DNA of 64,000 bases from a virus (IMGVR_UViG_3300032296_004087:1-64000); one strand, 5' to 3'. Positions 19,421 through 29,811 are shown, numbered from the stretch's first letter. Numbers and translations are program-made. The notes: generated by a model not told the origin, from the letters alone.

Positions 19421-20668
19421 ATGAACACAAAAAAACCATCTGCTATAGTTTATGGTTGGCATAAATTGGGGGACACAATTCTTTTTTCTGATATCTATTG
19501 GGAAGAATATCTCCACGATGAAGTAAACTTATATTCATTACCATACACAGGAAAAGTGGTGGAAGATTATACACGATATAGACCTGATATAATATTATCA
19601 ATTGGCGAAGAAATTGAAATTCCTCATTTTCATTTGAAAAAAATTCATGTTCATGTGGATGAAATGTTACCTGACTTAGTTATTGCAAATATCATTGTTT
19701 GTCAAAGTGTTTTTAGACATTGCGAGTTTCCGAGACCAAGATTTTCTATTTTTACTCCAACTTACAAAACCAATGAAAGAATCGTCAGGGCTTACGAATC
19801 CTTAAAGAATCAGACAAATACTAATTGGGAATGGATTGTTTTGGATGATTCACCCGATGATGTGACATGGAGATTAATACAAGATATTGCGGCAAAAGAT
19901 TACCGAGTCAAACCTTTCAGATTATACCCATTGACTGGTGGTAATGTTGGATTGGCAAAACACCGAGCGGCTATGATGTGTGATGGTGATTGGTTAGTTG
20001 AACTTGACCACGACGACCATTTGGTTTCCAATGCGTTGGAGATTTCAAATGAGGCAATAAATAAATTTCCTGATGCAGGGTTCTTGTATAGTGACTGTTC
20101 TGAGTCTTACGAAGACGGTGAAATGAAGTATTATGACCATGATTGGTCAGGTAATTGGTACGCAAGAGAGGACAATTATTTTGATTTTGGTTATGCGGGA
20201 CACACATGGGCTGAAGTTGACGGTGAAAAAATATTGGCACACCATTACCCTGATGTTAACCCGTTGAGTATTCGTTTTAATATATCAATGCCAAACCATG
20301 TGAAAATGTGGAAAAGGGAAGTTTACCACCAAATTGGCGGACATAATAAGGCGATACCTGTTGCCGATGACTTAGAAATTTCTATTAAAACATTCCTTTA
20401 TACCCGAATGATTCATGTCAAGAAAGTTCTTTACCTTCAGAAAAACAATAGAAACAGTACTGTAGATAACAACTCTCAAGACATTAATCGTAGAGCCCGA
20501 CTAATTCGAGACCATTACGATAAAAGAATTCATGAAAGAATCAAGGAATTAGGATTTCATGATTGGAATTGGGATGAAGAGGCTGGGCACTCTCAGAAAT
20601 TCCAAAATAGTGTGCCCATAAGAAAATACTTCGAAGAAGAACAAATAATGAATTATATCTATGAATAA
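19421..20668 (+). CDS. glycosyltransferase family 2
   Basis: SIFTPTY, EWIVLDDS, VELDHDD, ADDLE. Confidence 0.9.
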   Translation: MNTKKPSAIVYGWHKLGDTILFSDIYWEEYLHDEVNLYSLPYTGKVVEDYTRYRPDIILSIGEEIEIPHFHLKKIHVHVDEMLPDLVIANIIVCQSVFRHCEFPRPRFSIFTPTYKTNERIVRAYESLKNQTNTNWEWIVLDDSPDDVTWRLIQDIAAKDYRVKPFRLYPLTGGNVGLAKHRAAMMCDGDWLVELDHDDHLVSNALEISNEAINKFPDAGFLYSDCSESYEDGEMKYYDHDWSGNWYAREDNYFDFGYAGHTWAEVDGEKILAHHYPDVNPLSIRFNISMPNHVKMWKREVYHQIGGHNKAIPVADDLEISIKTFLYTRMIHVKKVLYLQKNNRNSTVDNNSQDINRRARLIRDHYDKRIHERIKELGFHDWNWDEEAGHSQKFQNSVPIRKYFEEEQIMNYIYE

Positions 20669-21821
20669 AAAAACTAAAATTGTATTAAATGCTATGGTTG
20701 CCAATGAGGCGCGTACCATCACTCGAATGTTAGACTCAGTATATCAACATGTTGATTATTGGGTAATACAGGATAATGGTTCAACTGATGGAACACAAGA
20801 AATTATCAGAAATTTCTTTAAAGAAAAAAATATACCAGGATTTCTTTATGAAATCGAATGGCAATTTCCTGGTTGGAACAGAGACCATGCACTTCAAACT
20901 TGTTTAAAGACTGACCATGGTTGTGATTGGATTATTCGAATGGATGCTGATGAAAGACTTGAAATCGATGAAGATTTCGATTGGACTTTATTAGAAAATA
21001 TGGAAGTGGACTCTTGGAATATTATTGTTAGAAGTTTTAATACAAGATACTACCGCACATGGTTGTGGAATGCCAATCGTCCTTGGTTCTTTCAACATGA
21101 TAAACGACACGAAACAATTCACTTACCCGAAGTTGGTGAAGATTTCGAAAGAAGAGTTCTACCTGAAAGTTTCCGTCACATTGTGACCAACGATGGACAA
21201 ACATGGGCGGCTCCTCGTAAATTTCTCCGAGATGCTCTCGAATTAGAAATCGATAAAGTCGTTGGTAACACCGTATTAGAAGACCATTACCATTTGTGGT
21301 ATGTGGGTAAAAGTTATTCAGATTGTTATGGTAATCCTAACGAGTTACCATTCGGTAAAGACCACTCTGATGAATATGCACGAAGGGCAATTTTTTATTT
21401 TAATCATTTTCTAAGAGTATCACACAACTATTGGGAAACAGGAAAACCTGCACGAATCGATGAGATGTCATATACAACATTTTTGTTGATGGGTTCGGCA
21501 TACTCATTCCGAGGTGAATATGAAGAAGCTGAAAAATCATGGAATCAAGCGGAACAATTCGCACCTGGTAGAAATGAACACCTTATGTACCACGCTTTAT
21601 TCTTAGAGGATAATAATCGAATTCAAGAGGCTCTTGATTTGGTAAATCAAATGATGAACCCTGAAAGAAAAAATCCTTTTCCAACATATTGTTTTTTGAT
21701 TGAAGACCGATGTTACTTAGACACAGGTAAAAAAGAGTTAAATGAATGGAAAGATAGACTAACTCGTAAGTTGACTGAACCTATAATCAAAAACGAAGGT
21801 GTCACTTTCTCCTTTTCATAA
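20661..21821 (+). CDS. GT2-like glycosyltransferase with C-terminal TPR
   Basis: IQDNGSTDGT, RMDADE, HE motif; TPR-like helices. Confidence 0.85.
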   Translation: MNKKTKIVLNAMVANEARTITRMLDSVYQHVDYWVIQDNGSTDGTQEIIRNFFKEKNIPGFLYEIEWQFPGWNRDHALQTCLKTDHGCDWIIRMDADERLEIDEDFDWTLLENMEVDSWNIIVRSFNTRYYRTWLWNANRPWFFQHDKRHETIHLPEVGEDFERRVLPESFRHIVTNDGQTWAAPRKFLRDALELEIDKVVGNTVLEDHYHLWYVGKSYSDCYGNPNELPFGKDHSDEYARRAIFYFNHFLRVSHNYWETGKPARIDEMSYTTFLLMGSAYSFRGEYEEAEKSWNQAEQFAPGRNEHLMYHALFLEDNNRIQEALDLVNQMMNPERKNPFPTYCFLIEDRCYLDTGKKELNEWKDRLTRKLTEPIIKNEGVTFSFS

Positions 21822-22911
21822 AAAATACGATTACATAATTGTGGGCTCCGGTTTATTCGGGGCCACTTGTGCATATGAACTATCAAAAAAGTTCAAGTGT
21901 TTGGTAATAGATAAGCGTTTAACCATTGGAGGAAACTGCTACACCGAAAACTTGGATGGAATTCATATTCACAGATATGGAGCTCACATTTTTCATACCT
22001 CTGATAAAGACATATGGGAATGGGTGAATCAATTTGCGGAATTCCGACAATTTGTCAATTCACCTATAGCAAATTATAACGATGAGTTATATTCTCTCCC
22101 ATTTAATATGTGGACATTCCATCAATTGTGGGGAGTAAAAACTCCTGAGGAAGCTAAAGCAAAAATTGAGAGTCAAAAATATAAAGGTGCCATCACTAAC
22201 TTGGAAGAACAAGCTCGTTCAATGGTTGGTGATGACATCTATTTTAAACTTATCAAAGGGTATACTGAAAAACAATGGGGTAAAAAGTGTACAGAACTAC
22301 CAGCATCAATTATCAAAAGATTACCCGTTAGATTCACTTGGGATAACAATTATTTTAATGACAAATACCAAGGTATACCAATTGGTGGTTACACACAAAT
22401 CTTCGAAAAACTTCTCAGTGGTATTGAAGTTCACTTAGGCACGAATTTCTTTGAAAAAAGAGATTACTATGAATCAATATCGGATAAGATTATCTACACA
22501 GGACCTATTGATGAGTTCTATGACTATGAATTTGGTAAATTGGAATATAGAAGTCTTAAGTGGGAAAATACCTACATGCATACTGAAAGTTTTCAAGGAC
22601 ATCCTGTGGTTAATTACACTGATGATGAAACTCCTTACACACGGATTATTGAACACAAGTATTTTGACAATCAAAATCAAAAAAGAACTTATGTAAGTAA
22701 GGAGTTTCCATGTGATTATACGGGTGATAACGAACCCTATTATCCCATACGAGATGAGATTAATTCAGAAATGTATAGGAAGTATAAAGAACTTGGTGAA
22801 ATTTCTTTAAAATACATCTTTGGTGGTAGACTTGGGACTTATATGTACTATGACATGCATCAAGTGATTGGTCAAGCCTTAACAACGGTTAATAAGCTGA
22901 TTCGAACTTAA
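21799..22911 (+). CDS. glf: UDP-galactopyranose mutase
   Basis: IVGSGLFGA, IGGNCY, HRYGAHIFHT, YTEKQWG, EPYYP, GRLGTYMYYDM. Confidence 0.95.
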   Translation: MSLSPFHKKYDYIIVGSGLFGATCAYELSKKFKCLVIDKRLTIGGNCYTENLDGIHIHRYGAHIFHTSDKDIWEWVNQFAEFRQFVNSPIANYNDELYSLPFNMWTFHQLWGVKTPEEAKAKIESQKYKGAITNLEEQARSMVGDDIYFKLIKGYTEKQWGKKCTELPASIIKRLPVRFTWDNNYFNDKYQGIPIGGYTQIFEKLLSGIEVHLGTNFFEKRDYYESISDKIIYTGPIDEFYDYEFGKLEYRSLKWENTYMHTESFQGHPVVNYTDDETPYTRIIEHKYFDNQNQKRTYVSKEFPCDYTGDNEPYYPIRDEINSEMYRKYKELGEISLKYIFGGRLGTYMYYDMHQVIGQALTTVNKLIRT

Positions 22912-23164
22912 TATCTGTGGCACACAATGTATCTTTACTAAGTAGAGACATTGTTTTAGTTATGGTTTGTGTAATAACATAAGATATCTCACCTTGGTTG
23001 ACTTCAGGTGTTTTCGTTAAAATGTCAACACCGTAAACCCAATCACACATTGCGGTTTTAACCGGTGAGCTGAAAATAAAAGTTAGTGAAATTGAATCGA
23101 TATCTTTAAACGCAGGACTTTTTTTTAAAAGATTTGACAAAATCTTTTGTACTGATTTTTTCAT
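22889..23164 (-). CDS. hypothetical protein
   Basis: ORF starting MKKSVQK. Confidence 0.55.
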   Translation of the reverse strand: MKKSVQKILSNLLKKSPAFKDIDSISLTFIFSSPVKTAMCDWVYGVDILTKTPEVNQGEISYVITQTITKTMSLLSKDTLCATDIKFESAY

Positions 23165-23257
23165 AATTATGTTTTTGTCGACCACTATCCATAATTTTCT
23201 ACAAATATAAATAGTTCTATATTTGTTTCTATAATATGTTTTTTGTATCTTTGAAGT

Positions 23258-23575
23258 ATGAATTTTGCGGACACAACACTTAAGATAAAATCTCAGACAA
23301 CTGGGTTTGCTTCACCCGCAGAGAGCTATGTGGATAAAAGATTAGACCTCAATGACTTAATTGTTGGGGATGTCTATTCCACATTTTATTTTAGGTATAA
23401 AGGACCCAAAACTCTTGGTGTTGAAACCAACGATGTATTGGTTATTGATAGGTCACTATCACCCCAAGACGGGGACCTTGTTGTGTTAACAGATAAACTA
23501 TGTTTTAAAATCAGGCCATACGAAGGTCAAACCAATTTATGGGGTAAAGTTTCGTGGGTCTTAAAGAAAAAATGA
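23258..23575 (+). CDS. umuD: UmuD-like protein (degenerate S24 domain)
   Basis: TGFASPAESYVDKRLDLNDL, DVLVIDRS, DGDLVV; upstream of umuC. Confidence 0.8.
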   Translation: MNFADTTLKIKSQTTGFASPAESYVDKRLDLNDLIVGDVYSTFYFRYKGPKTLGVETNDVLVIDRSLSPQDGDLVVLTDKLCFKIRPYEGQTNLWGKVSWVLKKK

Positions 23576-23677
23576 GATGATTATTATTGGAATTATTGTT
23601 ATATTTTTATTACTTGAGATTAATCACAATGTGAAAAAATCTAACAATAAAAATTGAATTACATCAAAATAAAATAA

Positions 23678-24880
23678 ATGGACCGAAAGATTGGCATTAT
23701 TGATGCAAACAATTTCTATGTAAGTTGTGAAAGGGTATTTAATCCAATTTCAATTGGGAGACCAACAGTTGTACTTTCAAACAACGATGGGTGTGTAATT
23801 GCTCGAAGTCAAGAAGCTAAAGATTTGGGTATTAAAATGGGGGAACCTTTTTTCCAAAGAAGAGACTTCATGGAAGAACATCGTTTTTGTGTTTACTCAT
23901 CAAATTACAATCTTTATGGTGATATGTCAGACCGAGTGATGGCGGTCATTAAAGAGTATTCTAAACAGGTTGAAGTTTATTCCATAGATGAGGCTTTTGT
24001 TGACTTCTCAAATATCCCCGATAAAGAATTAATACCAACTTTGGAACTAATTCAATATGAGGTCAAACAACGAGTAGGTATACCGGTATCTATTGGCGTA
24101 GGTCCCAACAAAACTTTAGCCAAATTAACTTCTCATATTGCCAAAAAACAACCTTCCTATAAAGGGATTTGTAGTTATTGGGAATTCAAAAACTTTAGGA
24201 ATGACTTGTACGAAATACCCATTGATGAAATTTGGGGAATAGGTAGAAAATGGTCAAAGAAATTCAAAGAGGGTGGTGTTGAATCGATAGGTCAATTTGT
24301 AATGTTGTCTGATACCATAGTAAAAAAAATGACTAATGTGAATGGGCTTAGGGCAAAAGTAGAAATACTAGGGATGTATTGTCATCCCGTGAAACCCATA
24401 CCTAAATTCAAAAGAAATATTGCCTCAGCTCGTTCATTTGGGCAAGATGTTGACCAACTTGATGACATCTCACAAGCTATGTACACTTACATTAAAAATG
24501 GTGTGAGAAAAATGGATGAAAGTGGCGCGGAAACAAATCGAGTAACTATTTTTGTGAGTGGTAACATACACAAGGGTCAAAAACATTCCTCGAGTAAACA
24601 ACTATATCTTCAACAACAAACAAAAGATGTTGATGAAATTTGGAGTCAAATATTCCCACATCTTCAAAACTTATTTGAAAGTGGTAAAAAGTATAAAAAG
24701 TGTGGGGTAATTTTTCATAATCTAATTCCTGATACTCAAACACAAACAACTTTATTTACCGAAGAGGTTAAAATTGTTCAACCACCTGTTTCATTAACAA
24801 ATAAATGGGAAATGAGACAAGATTTTAAAACTCAACATTATACAACTTCTTGGGAAGAAATTCCTGAAGTGTTTGTTTAG
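23678..24880 (+). CDS. umuC: Y-family DNA polymerase V catalytic subunit
   Basis: [44 protein letters not shown]-terminal YTTSW. Confidence 0.95.
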   Translation: MDRKIGIIDANNFYVSCERVFNPISIGRPTVVLSNNDGCVIARSQEAKDLGIKMGEPFFQRRDFMEEHRFCVYSSNYNLYGDMSDRVMAVIKEYSKQVEVYSIDEAFVDFSNIPDKELIPTLELIQYEVKQRVGIPVSIGVGPNKTLAKLTSHIAKKQPSYKGICSYWEFKNFRNDLYEIPIDEIWGIGRKWSKKFKEGGVESIGQFVMLSDTIVKKMTNVNGLRAKVEILGMYCHPVKPIPKFKRNIASARSFGQDVDQLDDISQAMYTYIKNGVRKMDESGAETNRVTIFVSGNIHKGQKHSSSKQLYLQQQTKDVDEIWSQIFPHLQNLFESGKKYKKCGVIFHNLIPDTQTQTTLFTEEVKIVQPPVSLTNKWEMRQDFKTQHYTTSWEEIPEVFV

Positions 24881-24911
24881 AGTCTAAAAGATATTTATAT
24901 GATAATATCTT

Positions 24912-25667
24912 ATGAAAAAAGTATTAAGAGAGGAAATCCTCCGACAAAAAAAATTAATGAACCTACAAGAACAGAATCAGTCTTGGGGTGATGCATTATA
25001 TGATTACATGTCCTCAGGACTCAAAAGTATATTTTTTGGGGACGATGACGAGGATGAAAAAAAACCAAAAAAGCTGGAGGACAAGATTGGTTCCTTTGAA
25101 AAAATTGCTAAAGAACTTATCGATGAAATTGAAGGTGGGTATTTCCATCCTATAATGGTCAAAGGTGGTAGAGGATTTCCCAAAGGTAGTCGTTCTATGG
25201 GAGATTCGGGTGAAACTATGTTCGGTATCGACAGAAAACACGGGGCGGAAATTAATACTTCCTCAGAGGGTAGACAATTTTGGGGTTTAATCGACGCAGC
25301 AAACGCATCTAAAAAATGGCCTTGGCTTTTCATGGGGGGCAATTTAGAAGGTCCTTTGAAGAATTTGGCTTCTCGGATGATTAAAAACAATTTTAACAAA
25401 TTTGCTGATAGATATTTGACTTCTGACGCAAAAAAAATTGTTCAAAGTGATGAAGGTTTACTTACCCATTTTATCTATGCAACATGGAATGGACCAGGTT
25501 GGTTTAATCAATTTGCTAAGAGTATTAATTCACAAGTAGAAAAAGGGGTTACTGACACTGAAAAATTAATGAAAATTGGTTTACAAGATAGAAAAAACTC
25601 TAACAATAAATTGATTTCATCCTCGGCTGAAAAAATTGAAAAAATTACAGGTACAAATTTAGTATAA
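24912..25667 (+). CDS. putative lysozyme (GH108-like) with LREEILRQKKLM leader
   Basis: IEGGY...GDSGETMFGID resembles GH108 EGGY/GET motifs. Confidence 0.6.
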   Translation: MKKVLREEILRQKKLMNLQEQNQSWGDALYDYMSSGLKSIFFGDDDEDEKKPKKLEDKIGSFEKIAKELIDEIEGGYFHPIMVKGGRGFPKGSRSMGDSGETMFGIDRKHGAEINTSSEGRQFWGLIDAANASKKWPWLFMGGNLEGPLKNLASRMIKNNFNKFADRYLTSDAKKIVQSDEGLLTHFIYATWNGPGWFNQFAKSINSQVEKGVTDTEKLMKIGLQDRKNSNNKLISSSAEKIEKITGTNLV

Positions 25668-25668
25668 G

Positions 25669-27204
25669 ATGATACTGAGCGAAGGGAGAAAAGAAGAAAT
25701 TTTATCAAAATACATTATACCAATACTCGCTGAAAAAAAATTGGTAAAAGAGTATTTGAGTGGTGGTGCTTTAGGTTCAATTTATGATTATCTGATAACA
25801 GATTTATTCATTATTGATACTAATTTCAAGTATTTGGATGACATATTAAGAAATTATTATCTTGAAAATACGCCTTCTGAAAATATACAACCATTAAGTT
25901 TTGAAGATGCTAAACGGTATGTAATGAACAGGAGAGATGAGATGGACCGTTTAGTTGAAGCTCTCAAATTTTTTGATGTACACAATAAAAAATATAAACA
26001 CCAAGAGTTTAAAAAATATGCGGATAATGACTTATTCTATTTTTTGAAAGAAACGGATGGTCTTAGGGAAGAATTTAACAAAAAAAAGGGTGAAAAAGAA
26101 GTTGAAAAAGTCTTTGAGAACGAAAGAATATTAGTTATAAGACCAAAGACATACGAAGCATCTTGTGTTTATGGGGCTGGAACAAGATGGTGTACATCAT
26201 CCAAATCAACTTCAAGTCACTTTGAAAATTACACTGAAACAGGGTCACTTTATTATTTTATAACTAAAGGGGTTGATTCCTCCAACAAATTTTACAAAGT
26301 TGCTCTTTATAGAAATGATGTGGGTCTGGATAAATGGTATGACGCAACTGACCGCGAATTAGGTGAAAACGAAATTGAACTCTTAACCTCTGCTTATGGT
26401 GATACACTCAAAAATGTTGATGAGGATTTTGATAAATTAAAACCTAATCCTCTGTTGAATGAAATTTTTCCAAAGAATTTTGCAATAGCTTTCGAAAGCC
26501 GACTCATGTCAGGTAAACCTCCCATTGATTTGAATGTCAATTTCAATGTTAAAGAAACAATTGAACCCTCTATTTCTAAAGTTAAATGTTCTATTTACCA
26601 AATTGAAGGAACAAATGAAAAAATTGTTGGAAATTACATGTTAATTATAAACATGAATTGTACCCGTTCAACTTGTACTTTTGGTGTAGTGTTTACCGAA
26701 CCTACCACCAACTCTGTACTTTTGGGGGAAAATCAATTTATAATGTACCTGAATGTTGTTGGTAAATCATCAGAAGTTCTAAGACAACAAACTTTCCGAA
26801 AAATTTTCACGTTCATTGTAATTCAATTAAGAAACAATCCTAAGTACTTGAGTAGTTTAGTCGGAAGAGATGAAATCTTGGTTTCTGCCGCCAATAAAGG
26901 TTATTCCTTTAAATTTCGTGATAGAGGTTTAATAAAAAAACTTACTGATTGGTTGGATTCGGGAAAAAAAACAGACAAAGTTGATTTTCTACTGGGTACA
27001 AACATCTTAAAAAAACAGGGTAACAGTTTGATTTCTACTTCAACAGGTAGTGAAATCACCCCAAGAGGATACCTATCAGGATTTTTTCAAGCAGCAAAAT
27101 CTGCGGGAATCATAGACTATAAGAGAGTCGGTAGAAAGACTCTTATGACTAAAGGTCCAAACTATAGAAAGTTTATGAAGGGTTCCAAACTCAGATATAT
27201 CTAA
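25669..27204 (+). CDS. hypothetical protein with PKTYEASCxYGxxTxWC motif
   Basis: 511 aa ORF; motif shared with 39486-39995. Confidence 0.75.
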   Translation: MILSEGRKEEILSKYIIPILAEKKLVKEYLSGGALGSIYDYLITDLFIIDTNFKYLDDILRNYYLENTPSENIQPLSFEDAKRYVMNRRDEMDRLVEALKFFDVHNKKYKHQEFKKYADNDLFYFLKETDGLREEFNKKKGEKEVEKVFENERILVIRPKTYEASCVYGAGTRWCTSSKSTSSHFENYTETGSLYYFITKGVDSSNKFYKVALYRNDVGLDKWYDATDRELGENEIELLTSAYGDTLKNVDEDFDKLKPNPLLNEIFPKNFAIAFESRLMSGKPPIDLNVNFNVKETIEPSISKVKCSIYQIEGTNEKIVGNYMLIINMNCTRSTCTFGVVFTEPTTNSVLLGENQFIMYLNVVGKSSEVLRQQTFRKIFTFIVIQLRNNPKYLSSLVGRDEILVSAANKGYSFKFRDRGLIKKLTDWLDSGKKTDKVDFLLGTNILKKQGNSLISTSTGSEITPRGYLSGFFQAAKSAGIIDYKRVGRKTLMTKGPNYRKFMKGSKLRYI

Positions 27205-27836
27205 TCTTGGTTGGTGTCGGATTCTGTAATATCGTAATAAAAAGAGTTACCATCCTCAGTTACCCATCTATCTGACAGATTTTCCACCGAAGGTAAGTCA
27301 GTATCAACTTTGAATTGTTTCAAATCTTCAGGTAATTTCTTGGTTACCCAGTTGGAATCCCTCCAAAATATCCTGTTGTTTGGCATACAAAGAAGATATC
27401 CTTCGTCGGATTCAAATACATGACCACATTTGTAATCTGAAGGTTCATCACTGTAGGGATTGTTATACCAATCAACAGTAAAAATATATGTTCCCCAAAC
27501 TTTGTTTCCATCTCTCAGAACTATTTGAGCCCTGTGATAGGCTAAAAAATCGTAATCTATTATCGAGACATTCTCACTAAAACAATCCCAAAGTTGTTTA
27601 AAATTGAAAGGAATATCATTTGTGGGAATTTTTGTATAAACCTCCGAAAGTGGTATCCTACTTCTAACCATACCGTCATCTGTCATCACGTGGAAAGTTA
27701 GAATTTTTCCTGAAATAGATTGTATTGCAAAAACATAAACATTGTAAAAATCGTTGTAATCACTTTTATTTTTGGTAAAAAAAGATTTTCTTACGAAACC
27801 TTTAAAACTCGGGATATTTGCATTGTATAATGACAT
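27201..27836 (-). CDS. hypothetical protein
   Basis: 211 aa ORF; QLWDCFS, YIFTVDW, PNNRIFW. Confidence 0.75.
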   Translation of the reverse strand: MSLYNANIPSFKGFVRKSFFTKNKSDYNDFYNVYVFAIQSISGKILTFHVMTDDGMVRSRIPLSEVYTKIPTNDIPFNFKQLWDCFSENVSIIDYDFLAYHRAQIVLRDGNKVWGTYIFTVDWYNNPYSDEPSDYKCGHVFESDEGYLLCMPNNRIFWRDSNWVTKKLPEDLKQFKVDTDLPSVENLSDRWVTEDGNSFYYDITESDTNQD

Positions 27837-27850
27837 ACATAATTTTTTTT

Positions 27851-27875
27851 AAAAAGGGGACCGAAGTCCCCTTTC
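27851..27875 (-). terminator. UUCG hairpin terminator
   Basis: Minus strand aaaggggac ttcg gtcccctttttt. Confidence 0.7.
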
Positions 27876-27958
27876 TCTCAGTTAAGAGAATCCGGTAATA
27901 CACTAATCTACATCCGTGGGACGACCGGCCACCTTTGGACCTTGAAAAGATAAGTGAA

Positions 27959-28102
27959 TTACTTCTTAAAGAGAAGTTTCTTAAAAAACTTTTTTATCTT
28001 ACCCCACACACTCAAATCATTAATTGTAATAATTTCTTTTGAATAGGTTAATCTTTTTTTCTTTTTTAATTTTGAGTGGAGTTCCCAATTAATTATTGAC
28101 AT
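27959..28102 (-). CDS. small cationic protein (47 aa)
   Basis: Hand-translated MSIINWELHSKLKKKK...WGKIKKFFKKLLFKK; upstream TATTTAT. Confidence 0.55.
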   Translation of the reverse strand: MSIINWELHSKLKKKKRLTYSKEIITINDLSVWGKIKKFFKKLLFKK

Positions 28103-28157
28103 AGTTTTTGACTTTATAAAAAATAAATAGTATATTTGTGAAGTAAAACAAATTGAA

Positions 28158-28379
28158 ATGTTTGATTGGAAAGAAGGGGACCGATATATTCATTACTCAA
28201 CAAGGGGGGAACTCTTTATTGGTACGGTGTCTCGTTTAATCTTGATTCAAGAATACGAACCTCGTTTTAAATGTAAGTTTACGAATTTAATTTTGGTTAA
28301 TGAAAAAGAAAAACAGATTCACGCCGATGGTTCAAAGGGTCTGATTTATAAGATAAGTTCTTGTGATGAATTGGAATGA
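28158..28379 (+). CDS. hypothetical protein
   Basis: ORF after sigmaA promoter 28107-28138. Confidence 0.6.
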   Translation: MFDWKEGDRYIHYSTRGELFIGTVSRLILIQEYEPRFKCKFTNLILVNEKEKQIHADGSKGLIYKISSCDELE

Positions 28380-28809
28380 GTATTTTTTGAGTATTGCGGA
28401 GTCTGTGAAGTCGAAGTCAAAAGACAGACGCACTCAGATTGGCGCGGTGATTGTAGGGGAAGACAAGGAAATTGTTTCAACTGGATTTAATTCCTTTCCT
28501 CGCGGTATCGATGACAATGTCGAGGAACGACAAATTCGACCTGAAAAATATTATTGGTTTGAACACGCAGAAAGAAACGCACTCTACAACGCTGCACGAA
28601 TCGGTGTTTCTACAAAAAATACTACAATGTACCTTACTTGTGGTATTCCTTGTGCGGATTGTGCTCGAGGAATAATAAGTTCTGGTGTTAAAGCAATTTA
28701 TTGTAAGACAGAAGATACAACTAAAAACAGGGTACATTGGGACGAACATGCCAAACGAAGTTTACAAATGTTTGAGGAATCTGGTGTTGAAATATTTTTT
28801 TACGAATAG
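28366..28809 (+). CDS. dCMP deaminase
   Basis: SKD..TQIGAVIV, HAERNA, PCADC. Confidence 0.9.
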   Translation: MNWNEYFLSIAESVKSKSKDRRTQIGAVIVGEDKEIVSTGFNSFPRGIDDNVEERQIRPEKYYWFEHAERNALYNAARIGVSTKNTTMYLTCGIPCADCARGIISSGVKAIYCKTEDTTKNRVHWDEHAKRSLQMFEESGVEIFFYE

Positions 28810-28859
28810 TTTGACTGAATCATATTTTGTTTGTATCTTAGTATTCTAAATTAACTTAC

Positions 28860-29147
28860 ATGACAACATTTACTATTATTAATATGATTGGATGGTCTTC
28901 TTTGTTGATTGCATACCTTGTTAAAGGTTACATGTCACGAAAGGAAACTCAAATTCAAGAACAACTTAATCAACGACTTCTTAAGTCAAAGGATTTATCC
29001 ATTGAAGAAGTAGTTCAACTGGCACATGAGATGGAAGACCACCAAATTAAAAGATTCGGGGCATACGGTTCCTATGGTATTTATTCACAAATTTTAACCT
29101 TTGGTATTGGGTTATTCACCGCAAATCTTATTTTTCAATTTATTTAA
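28860..29147 (+). CDS. two-TM membrane protein
   Basis: Hydrophobic N- and C-terminal helices. Confidence 0.65.
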   Translation: MTTFTIINMIGWSSLLIAYLVKGYMSRKETQIQEQLNQRLLKSKDLSIEEVVQLAHEMEDHQIKRFGAYGSYGIYSQILTFGIGLFTANLIFQFI

Positions 29148-29157
29148 ATAAATTATT

Positions 29158-29595
29158 ATGACTATAAAACAAGCGCTCAAAGAAAAAAATAAACTTACCA
29201 AACAGATAAACTCTTTGGTGATTCGTATACAAAAATATAACTCAATGGAAGAAGGTTCTGTTCGAACCTACGACCCAAGGGAAGACATGAACAACTTAAC
29301 CAATACTGTCTCTAATTTGGTTACACTCAAAACTCAAATTCACCAAGCAAATGCCAAGGTGTATGATTTGATTTTCCGTCTCTCAGAATGTAAGGGAATG
29401 GTAAAATATCTCCGAGCAATCGATTGTACCGAGGGTAAGACCAATGAGTCTCGCAGATATGGTGAATCTGCAACCATTGTAAAAACCACCATTTTTAACC
29501 AAGTGGAGATGGATAATATTATCTCTAATTACGAAACTGAGATTGAGAAAATCCAAGAGGAGTTGGATGTTCACAATGCAACCACCCACATTTAA
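29158..29595 (+). CDS. coiled-coil protein, tentatively DIP1984/DUF6847-like
   Basis: MTIKQALK...LVTLKTQIHQAN...IQEELDVHNATTHI; family match from memory. Confidence 0.65.
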   Translation: MTIKQALKEKNKLTKQINSLVIRIQKYNSMEEGSVRTYDPREDMNNLTNTVSNLVTLKTQIHQANAKVYDLIFRLSECKGMVKYLRAIDCTEGKTNESRRYGESATIVKTTIFNQVEMDNIISNYETEIEKIQEELDVHNATTHI

Positions 29596-29780
29596 GTTGG
29601 TGTCTGTTAAGAGATGGGATTTTTCGAACCAAGGTTCAACCTACATTAAACACTAAGTAGTGGATGTTTGATTTCGATGGGAATGTCAAAAGTCATAAAT
29701 CAACATAGTTCAAAAGTCGTCAAAGGAGCATCAATAATCTCAAAACTCTTTTAAATAAATCTCTGACCTTACAGCCCAAC
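29596..29780 (+). ncRNA. putative structured RNA / 3' UTR with periodic UCAA motifs
   Basis: Ends pair (gttgg/ccaac, ctgt/acag, gagat/atctc); TCAA at 29686, 29700, 29710, 29720, 29731, 29740. Confidence 0.45.
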
Positions 29781-29781
29781 A

Positions 29782-29811
29782 GCCCCCACTCTTTCCGAGT
29801 GGGGGTTTTTT
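29782..29811 (+). terminator. intrinsic terminator
   Basis: gcccccactc tttcc gagtgggggt ttttt. Confidence 0.8.
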
